This document shows, one piece after another, positions 16,660 through 23,386 of a stretch of 24,340 bases of DNA. Position 1 is the stretch's first letter; each line of letters begins with the position of its first letter. The stretch is from a virus (Duplodnaviria > Caudoviricetes): IMG/VR virus record IMGVR_UViG_3300047290_000197, positions 1 to 24,340 of that record, one strand, 5' to 3'. Under the pieces are notes generated by a model. The model made no database searches, was not told the origin of the DNA, and was given only the letters and a program-made list of their open reading frames with translations. The position numbers and the translations under genes are program-made.

Positions 16660-17511
16660 GTGATCAAGATCAGTGTTTTCGATCAGTGGGGTGCTCTCAA
16701 CAGCCCTCCCATATGGCAGGCCTTTAGGGCAGGTGCCACCAGACTGGGTCATGCGGTGGTCAGCCATGACATGACCGCAGATGTGGCCGTGATATGGAGC
16801 ATGGTTTGGCAGGGCCGCATGAAACGCAATCGTGCGGTATGGCAACATTTTCGACAGACCAATAGACCCGTGATCGTGTTGGAAGTGGGCACCCTGCGTC
16901 GAGGAATCACTTGGAAGATGGGGCTGAATGGACTGGGATCTATTGGGCAGTGCGCCACACTAGATCAGCATCGCGCGGCCAAGCTAGGGATCAGTCTTAA
17001 ACCATGGCAGCAGCCAGGCTCAGACATAGTGATACTGCTGCAACGTAGTGACAGCGAGCAATGGCAAAACATGCCAAGTGCTGAAATCTGGTTGGCCAAC
17101 TTGGTGGTACAGTTGCGTAAAGCCACTGACAGAATCATCAGGGTGCGTCAACATCCCAGGCGACATGTGGCTATACCGCAGCATTGTGAACTGGATCCGG
17201 TCACCAGGATCAACGGCAGCTACGATGATTTTGACATAGATCGCAGCTTGAGCAAGGCCTGGGCCGTGATCAATCACAACAGCGGAGTGGGGGTGCGTTG
17301 CGTGCTGGACGGTATACCCTTGTTCTGTGATCAGTCTAGCTTGGCCGCACCTGTGGGCAATCTAGATTGGTCTTTGATCGAACGGCCCGCGATGCCCCCT
17401 AGAGAACCGTGGTTTGAACAGTTGTGCCACACCGAATATACTCCAGCAGAAATCCGGCAGGGTTGGCCCATCGACAATCTGTTGAAAAACCTATCACCCC
17501 AAACGATCTAG
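16660..17511 (+). CDS. GT-B-like capsule polysaccharide synthesis-type protein, paralog 3
   Basis: Start moved to the in-frame GTG 16660 to avoid overlap. LKPWQ, LLQRSD, TDRIIRVRQHP and INHNSGVGVRCVLDGIPLF. Confidence 0.65.
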   Translation: MIKISVFDQWGALNSPPIWQAFRAGATRLGHAVVSHDMTADVAVIWSMVWQGRMKRNRAVWQHFRQTNRPVIVLEVGTLRRGITWKMGLNGLGSIGQCATLDQHRAAKLGISLKPWQQPGSDIVILLQRSDSEQWQNMPSAEIWLANLVVQLRKATDRIIRVRQHPRRHVAIPQHCELDPVTRINGSYDDFDIDRSLSKAWAVINHNSGVGVRCVLDGIPLFCDQSSLAAPVGNLDWSLIERPAMPPREPWFEQLCHTEYTPAEIRQGWPIDNLLKNLSPQTI

Positions 17512-18462
17512 ATCAGCATCAACCATGTCACACACCATTTGCTCGAAAGTGACTTTGGGGCTCCATCCCAAGATTTCTCGGGCGGTGGTGCTGTCGCCGC
17601 ATAGGCTATGTAATTCAGCCGGGCGCTTGAAACGAGGATCAGACGTCACATACTGGCTCCAATGGGGCAGATCCACATGTTCAAAAGCCACATGTAGGAA
17701 GTCGCGTATGCTATGTTGTTCCCCAGTGGCTATCACATGATCACGGGCTTGATCCTGTTGCAGCATCAACCACATGGCCTCCACGAAGTCGCCGGCGAAC
17801 CCCCAGTCACGTTTGCTGTCGAGATTGCCCAGAGCTAGGCCATCAGCTAGACCCAGTTTGATACGCGCCACCCCGTCAGTGATTTTGCGTGTCACAAAGT
17901 CAATGCCGCGCAGGGGGCTTTCGTGGTTGAACAGGATACCTGAACAGGCATAGAGCCCATAGCTTTCTCGAAAGTTCACTGTGATCCAATGGCTGTACAG
18001 CTTGCTGACCCCGTAAGGACTACGGGGTCGAAACGGGGTCATCTCGTTCTGCTGGGGTGTTTCTGCATTGCCAAACATCTCCGACGTGCTGGCCTGATAG
18101 AATCTGGTCTCGGCCGAATGTTGCCGGATCGCATTGAGTATGTTGAGTGGACCCATGGCATTGACTTCGGTTGTGAGCTTGTTTAGATCCCAGCTCACTC
18201 CTACGAAACTCTGGGCCGCTAGATTGTAAAATTCTTGGGGTTTGATCTGGCGCATGAGATGGTTGACACAGCCATCATCGGTAATATCGCCAGTGATCAG
18301 CTCTACATCATCTTCGATGCCCAACCAACGTAGGTTATCTAGGTTGGGCGAACTGTAGCGTTTGACGAGGCCAAATACTCTGTAGTCCTTTTCCAGCAAC
18401 AATCGAGCCAAGTAGGGACCATCTTGGCCGGTCATGCCCGTGACAAATGCTGTGCGTTTCAT
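17494..18462 (-). CDS. gmd: GDP-mannose 4,6-dehydratase
   Basis: TGMTGQDGPYLA, YNLAAQSFV, QASTSEMFG, SPYGVSK, LFNHESPLRG and GNLDSKRDWG. SD AAGGAG. Confidence 0.95.
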   Translation of the reverse strand: MKRTAFVTGMTGQDGPYLARLLLEKDYRVFGLVKRYSSPNLDNLRWLGIEDDVELITGDITDDGCVNHLMRQIKPQEFYNLAAQSFVGVSWDLNKLTTEVNAMGPLNILNAIRQHSAETRFYQASTSEMFGNAETPQQNEMTPFRPRSPYGVSKLYSHWITVNFRESYGLYACSGILFNHESPLRGIDFVTRKITDGVARIKLGLADGLALGNLDSKRDWGFAGDFVEAMWLMLQQDQARDHVIATGEQHSIRDFLHVAFEHVDLPHWSQYVTSDPRFKRPAELHSLCGDSTTAREILGWSPKVTFEQMVCDMVDADLDRLG

Positions 18463-18510
18463 ACCATCTCCTTTATGCTATGTATGAATCGCAGGCCTTG
18501 CTGGGGTTTT

Positions 18511-18963
18511 TTATACGCGGATGTCTTCCATGCCCGCAGCGCGGAGGCGTACTACATGACCGCTCATCCAAGATTTGGAATCTAGCCCCTTCATGATACC
18601 TAGAAATCGATTGCGCAGCAGTGCTACTTCGTTGATGATGGTCTCATAATCTATTACTTCTTCTTCGCCATCCACGTACTTTTCGGCATCGCGGGGCGTG
18701 AGTGCACGAGCATAGCTTTCTAGGTACTTTTTGAAATGCTTGCGACGGATTTTTCTCAGCTGGATATTGAGATAGTTGAGCACCGCTTCGATCTCTTGCA
18801 GCTGATTGAAGCGGTGCTCAGTGATGCCGGGCAGTTCTTTGATGTTGGTCTCTACGTGCCCCGACAGTCGACATTCGGCCTTGGCCTCGGTCAACTCTCG
18901 TTCATAGTGCGCGATAAAGTCCGGGATCGCGCTCATGCTAGCGGTGACTCGGCTATACCACAT
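18511..18963 (-). CDS. uvsY: UvsY-like recombination mediator
   Basis: 150 aa and helical, with KYLESYARALTPRDAEKYVDGE and MKGLDSK...VRLRAAGMED. Lies downstream of uvsX. Confidence 0.85.
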   Translation of the reverse strand: MWYSRVTASMSAIPDFIAHYERELTEAKAECRLSGHVETNIKELPGITEHRFNQLQEIEAVLNYLNIQLRKIRRKHFKKYLESYARALTPRDAEKYVDGEEEVIDYETIINEVALLRNRFLGIMKGLDSKSWMSGHVVRLRAAGMEDIRV

Positions 18964-19214
18964 CAGTAGTCCTGATCTTCTTCGTAGTCATCCTCTTCGT
19001 AGGCTTCTTCTGATTCGTCAGATGCATCATCGAGATAGTCCTTTAGAGCCCGGATCATGACTGGATCACCCGCAAAAGCTGCCCGTATGTCGTCGGGGTC
19101 GCAATCATGATCGATCATAACGCTGAGTATGGTTTCTACAGCATCTGATCTTTCGGTAGGGTTGATATAGCGTTTGATCTCCCGCCAAATTTCTGCTGCC
19201 ACCTGTTCGGTCAT
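18963..19214 (-). CDS. Small acidic hypothetical protein
   Basis: 83 aa, overlapping both neighbours (ATGA and TGATG), with a D/E-rich tail. Confidence 0.75.
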   Translation of the reverse strand: MTEQVAAEIWREIKRYINPTERSDAVETILSVMIDHDCDPDDIRAAFAGDPVMIRALKDYLDDASDESEEAYEEDDYEEDQDY

Positions 19215-20275
19215 TCAGTTTCCTCCTCAATCTGAGCATCGTTACTTAGCTCAGTCTTGAGGTTTTGAAAGTCTCCCATGACCCGGTCAAGACAGCCATC
19301 TTCGTTTGATTCCCACGCCTTGCGGAACAGTTTGGTCACTTCGCCGGTGCTGCTCACGAACATCAAGCGGTTGCCATCCTTTTTTAGCAGATTTTTCTTC
19401 TCAGCTAAATCTACCAGTCCCGAGTAAGGGTTCATACCAGTCTCGTAGGGAATCTTGACCTGCACACCTTCAAAGGGCTTGGCGTAGCGTGTTTTCATGA
19501 CCTTGCAGGCAGCACGGATACCCATGACATCCGAGATCTTGTTGCCATCCTCGTCCTCTTTGAGCTTGAGCTTCTTCATGGCCACCACGATAGAACTGGC
19601 GTAGATAAAGCCCTGACCACCTGAGATCTTGTCATCAGGATCAAACATGTCCTGGCTGGCATAGGTATGATTGGTACAGACCAAGCCCACGTTGTAGTTG
19701 CCAAACATGTTGACGCAGTTGCGAACCAAAGCGGTCAAAGCCTTGGGCTTGCGACCCATGTCGCCCTTCATGTCGCCGGCTTCAAACTGATTGATATCAG
19801 TGGGGGTGAGCAACATGCCCAAGCTATCGATTACAAACAGCACCTTGGGACGCTCGCCGTCGGCCAAGGTCTTGTAGTCCTGCATGAAGGTAGAGATAGT
19901 CTTGGCCACGTCATCGATCATGCTCATGCTGAGCTTGAGCAGCTTGCTTTCATCAGTGTCCACGCCCAGAGCATGTAGCCAGCTTTCGTCCAGCGCATTT
20001 TCGCTGTCAACCAGCACCACGAAGATGCCCTGCTGCTGCGCGTTCTTGATGATATTGCCCGAGCAGATGTAGCTCTTGCCCGCGCCCGATTCACCTGCGA
20101 ACACCGTGACCTTGCCCAAGGGCACTCCTCGGTGAAAGTCACCCGAAATCAGATAGTTCAAGGCATAGTTGCCAGTGCTGATCCAGTCTGTGGGATCATT
20201 GAAACCGATGGTGAGACCATCGATAGATTTGGTAATTTCCTTGCGGAAACGAGAAACATCAAACGGTTTGGCCAT
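19211..20275 (-). CDS. uvsX: UvsX/RecA-like recombinase
   Basis: WISTGNYALN, Walker A GESGAGKS, VDSENA, VIDSLG, GDMGR, TNHTY and SGGQG. Confidence 0.93.
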   Translation of the reverse strand: MAKPFDVSRFRKEITKSIDGLTIGFNDPTDWISTGNYALNYLISGDFHRGVPLGKVTVFAGESGAGKSYICSGNIIKNAQQQGIFVVLVDSENALDESWLHALGVDTDESKLLKLSMSMIDDVAKTISTFMQDYKTLADGERPKVLFVIDSLGMLLTPTDINQFEAGDMKGDMGRKPKALTALVRNCVNMFGNYNVGLVCTNHTYASQDMFDPDDKISGGQGFIYASSIVVAMKKLKLKEDEDGNKISDVMGIRAACKVMKTRYAKPFEGVQVKIPYETGMNPYSGLVDLAEKKNLLKKDGNRLMFVSSTGEVTKLFRKAWESNEDGCLDRVMGDFQNLKTELSNDAQIEEETE

Positions 20276-20289
20276 AGTTCACCCAATAT

Positions 20290-20322
20290 GAAAGAAGAAC
20301 TGCGGGGCCGGAGCCCCGCAGT
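20290..20322 (-). terminator. Hairpin/terminator between the SSB gene and uvsX
   Basis: ACTGCGGGGC-TCCG-GCCCCGCAGT followed by an interrupted T tract (TCTTCTTTC), so it is probably leaky. Confidence 0.7.
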
Positions 20323-20330
20323 GTGCTTGA

Positions 20331-21314
20331 TTACTGCTTCTGCTGACGAGAGCGGATCATGGCCAGGATGTCCTGGGCACTTTGGCTCTTGGCTTCGGGC
20401 TTTTGCACCGGTTGCTGTGCGGCAGGTGCTTCGGGTTCATCATCGAAACCGTTGTCGGCAGCGGGTGCAGCTTTGGCAGGTGCGGCAGCGGCAGCAGGTG
20501 CGGCCTCACTGGCAGCACCAGCTGGAGCCTGCACGCCCGCGGGGCGATAGTACTGTCCCCAACGATCAGTGTCGTAGGCCTGGCCATCCACTGATGCTTC
20601 AAACATTTCCTTGATCACCTTGAGTTCCACAGCAGTGGGCTTGTTGGGCAGGAATGTGGCCAGATCAAACAGACCATGCTTTTCGATCGCTGCCTGCTCG
20701 TCGGCTGTGAGCGCACTTTCTTTGCGGCTCCACTTGCTGGTATTGTAGTCAGCGAATCCACCCTTGCTGCCTTTGGTGATACGGAAGTCCAGCCCGCGCA
20801 TGTAGTCAGTGGGCAATTCTTCCATCTCAGGATCCATCAGCGCGGCCTTGATGATGGTGTAGATCTGGGGGCCGATGATAAAGCGCCGGATGGGGTTTTC
20901 GGGGGTCTTGTCGTCGCTGAGAGGATTCTCACGCACAAAGCCCTGGAACAGATAGCTGCGTTTCTTCCAATACTTGCGACCCATGTCTTCCAGACTCTTG
21001 TCCTTGAACCAGGTGCGCACTTCAGTCAGTACTGGGCAGGTTTCACCCCACATTTCCACGCAGGGTACCTGTACCATCACTTGCTTGCTGTCTGCTTGAC
21101 CCTTGATGCCGGAAAACGGCAAGCGGATCATGGCGCGCTCTACCCAAAAGAATGTGTTCTTGCCATTGCCATCGGGGAGGAAACGCAGTGTGGTCGATTG
21201 ACCTTCTTGGAGATTCCAGTGGGGGAAAATTGAATTGTCGCCGCCACCTTGGTTACCACCGCTTTTGCTTTCTGCTGCCTGTAGTCGTGCTCTGATTTCT
21301 GCTAGGGATGCCAT
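20331..21314 (-). CDS. T4 gp32-like single-stranded DNA-binding protein
   Basis: LRFLPD, CVEMWGETCPV, KYWKKRSY, GLDFRITK and FADYNTSKW. Start moved to ATG 21314, 6 nt after SD AAGGAGAA. Confidence 0.88.
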   Translation of the reverse strand: MASLAEIRARLQAAESKSGGNQGGGDNSIFPHWNLQEGQSTTLRFLPDGNGKNTFFWVERAMIRLPFSGIKGQADSKQVMVQVPCVEMWGETCPVLTEVRTWFKDKSLEDMGRKYWKKRSYLFQGFVRENPLSDDKTPENPIRRFIIGPQIYTIIKAALMDPEMEELPTDYMRGLDFRITKGSKGGFADYNTSKWSRKESALTADEQAAIEKHGLFDLATFLPNKPTAVELKVIKEMFEASVDGQAYDTDRWGQYYRPAGVQAPAGAASEAAPAAAAAPAKAAPAADNGFDDEPEAPAAQQPVQKPEAKSQSAQDILAMIRSRQQKQ

Positions 21315-21410
21315 AGTCATTTCTCCTTGTTGGTTGCCTATGTGTGTTGCCAATCTAAGTGTCTTAGACGTTGCCTGTGACACTAAACAAAGAATGCATA
21401 CACTCTAGCG

Positions 21411-21450
21411 AGTATACGCAGATCATTGACCAGCGTCAAGAGTATTTATA
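21411..21450 (-). promoter_or_regulatory. Tandem late (TATAAATA) and sigma70 promoters for the SSB-uvsX-uvsY operon
   Basis: An exact T4 late consensus TATAAATA at 21450-21443, then TTGACG (21439-21434), 17-nt spacer, TATACT (21416-21411). Confidence 0.82.
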
Positions 21451-21451
21451 C

Positions 21452-23353
21452 CTATTTGACGAAAGCGAGATTTTTTATTCTGGAGAGATCTTCGTAGAAG
21501 CTGTCCGTTACCGCGCCTCGATGATCCATGGCATCGGTCGAGTCTTCGTTTGGTCCCACGAACGTGGCCAGATTGTCGCCTTCGGCTAGCGAGCCAAAAT
21601 TATGTTCAGCAAATTGAACTGCTTCATCCAAAGAATCAAATGGGCCTTCGACTTCATAACCACGACTGTAATCTTTGTGTATCCAGGTCATTACATCCTG
21701 TACAGTTAGGTAACTCATGAATGTATGTCCACCCCAACCGTAGGGCTCTTTGCCCTGCCCACGACCACAACGCCAACGGCCACCACGTTTGCTGATCTCG
21801 CCCACAAAGGTAGAATTGTCATCGATGTTGTATATTGCTACAAAGAAGCTGCCTTGTTCATCGTCATCTTCATCGTCTACCGTGTAGCCTTCGGCCACGC
21901 CTTGCTCTTTATCTGTGCCTTGATAATGGCGGAACGCTTGTTCCTGAGATCCACCTTTTTTGAGTATGTCAGCGGCTTTACGAGCCCGACCCACCATCTT
22001 GGTCGCATAGTCTCGGTTGGCCGGTGTGCCTCGTTGGCCATCGGCTTCGTGCTTCTTTGCCAACTTTTCATAATAATCTGGATCTTGGGCCTGTTCGGTA
22101 ACAGGCTGTTGCGGTGGCGTTTGATCTAGTTCAGGCTGTTGGGGCAGTTCTATGCCCAACTCGCTGGCCCTGCTTCTGATCGTGTCGCGTGCATCTGCAT
22201 CGGGGTCGCGTTTGGCCAGATCCTGCAGGCGATCAAACAGTTCATCGTCGCCAAATATGTCATAGATCTGTTCTATTACATTGGCCGCATCTGGACCCAC
22301 TGGCAGTTCCTGGCTCAGCAGTTGGGCCAGTTTCTTTTGACTTTCGGGGGTGTCCGGCAGTGCCCAGGACCCTTCTGCCAGACGATTGATCCAACCTTCA
22401 AATATGTCAGCTTCTTGCAGTGGAGCCTGTTGCAAACGTGTCAGCAGTGGCAGCGCAGCTTCGATCCTGACATCCAGTTTGGTCTCCACAAAGAGATTTT
22501 TCACTTGCTCGACCAGTTGTTCATTTTGGTCGATGTCAGCTGGACTCCAGGTTTCAAAATAGCTGTCATAACCTCTAGCATGTGCCAAAGATTTCAGCGC
22601 CACACGTTGGTTGGTCAGATATTGACTGGCCTGTTCTATCAGCTCTTGGGCCACACCCTCGACCACGCGACCCTGGGTAGCTCTGCGGAAACGTGCCAAG
22701 GTATTGATCTCGCTGACCATTTCAGAGATGTGCACTCCCCTTACATCATAGGGCCTACCACCATGTCGCACATGCTCCAGCATGGCACGACCACCGGCCA
22801 GCATGCGAAAAGGCAGCTTCCATCGCTCGCCTTCGGCTGTTTCTATGAACAGGCTGTCCACGTTGCGATGGCGAGCATCGGTTTCACCCAAAGGTCGATT
22901 GTGGCGGATCATGAGTCGAGCTTGGGTAGGTTCTCCAGCATAGCTGACCTTGCGCGTGCCGTAGTAGCCTTCAAATAGACCTTCTTTGATCGCGGCCATT
23001 CCCGCCATGGTGTGTTTGAGTTGGTTGAGGTTGCGGGGGCTAAAAGTCCTAAAATCGTGACGCACCGCAAACTGTTTCATCTGTTGGAGGAACTGGAACC
23101 ATTCGTTCTTGTCCTGGTCTTCCATGCCTTTGCCCAGGTTGTCCCCATAAAACATCTCCAGCTCATCGTCATCATTCAGCACAATGACCGCGGTACCGTA
23201 GTTCTTGCCCGCAGCGCTCACATAGTCAAAGCTAAACACAGTGGCGTCTTGTGGTTGTGTGACCTGGCCCCGGGAGTCTGTGGTCTCGGGCTCCCAGCCC
23301 CTGCTCACGATGAGATCGTAGAGATCTTTGCTGATGTTTTGTACTTGTGCCAT
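21452..23353 (-). CDS. Large hypothetical protein, probable internal head/prohead-core-associated protein
   Basis: 633 aa and acidic, with many hydrophobic-x-E(G) motifs (LFEG, VVEG, IFEG, LAEG, QGVAEG) and C-terminal DLSRIKNLA. Late promoter, next to the terminase. Confidence 0.55.
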   Translation of the reverse strand: MAQVQNISKDLYDLIVSRGWEPETTDSRGQVTQPQDATVFSFDYVSAAGKNYGTAVIVLNDDDELEMFYGDNLGKGMEDQDKNEWFQFLQQMKQFAVRHDFRTFSPRNLNQLKHTMAGMAAIKEGLFEGYYGTRKVSYAGEPTQARLMIRHNRPLGETDARHRNVDSLFIETAEGERWKLPFRMLAGGRAMLEHVRHGGRPYDVRGVHISEMVSEINTLARFRRATQGRVVEGVAQELIEQASQYLTNQRVALKSLAHARGYDSYFETWSPADIDQNEQLVEQVKNLFVETKLDVRIEAALPLLTRLQQAPLQEADIFEGWINRLAEGSWALPDTPESQKKLAQLLSQELPVGPDAANVIEQIYDIFGDDELFDRLQDLAKRDPDADARDTIRSRASELGIELPQQPELDQTPPQQPVTEQAQDPDYYEKLAKKHEADGQRGTPANRDYATKMVGRARKAADILKKGGSQEQAFRHYQGTDKEQGVAEGYTVDDEDDDEQGSFFVAIYNIDDNSTFVGEISKRGGRWRCGRGQGKEPYGWGGHTFMSYLTVQDVMTWIHKDYSRGYEVEGPFDSLDEAVQFAEHNFGSLAEGDNLATFVGPNEDSTDAMDHRGAVTDSFYEDLSRIKNLAFVK

Positions 23354-23360
23354 AGTATGG

Positions 23361-23366
23361 TATTTA
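23361..23366 (-). promoter_or_regulatory. T4-late-like TAAATA promoter
   Basis: TAAATA 7 nt before ATG 23353, with no SD. Confidence 0.65.
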
Positions 23367-23386
23367 GCCCTAGGCCGCTGACAAGA

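Noticed and set aside
8442-18462. Bacterial O-antigen or capsule locus, or a host-derived contig
   Set aside because: There are no wzx/wzy/ABC export or priming transferase genes, the island is flanked by T4-like core genes, and it carries phage late-type motifs.
20400-20530. GCA/GCG-rich quasi-repeat
   Set aside because: It encodes the Ala/Pro linker of the SSB and is not a DNA repeat element or CRISPR array.
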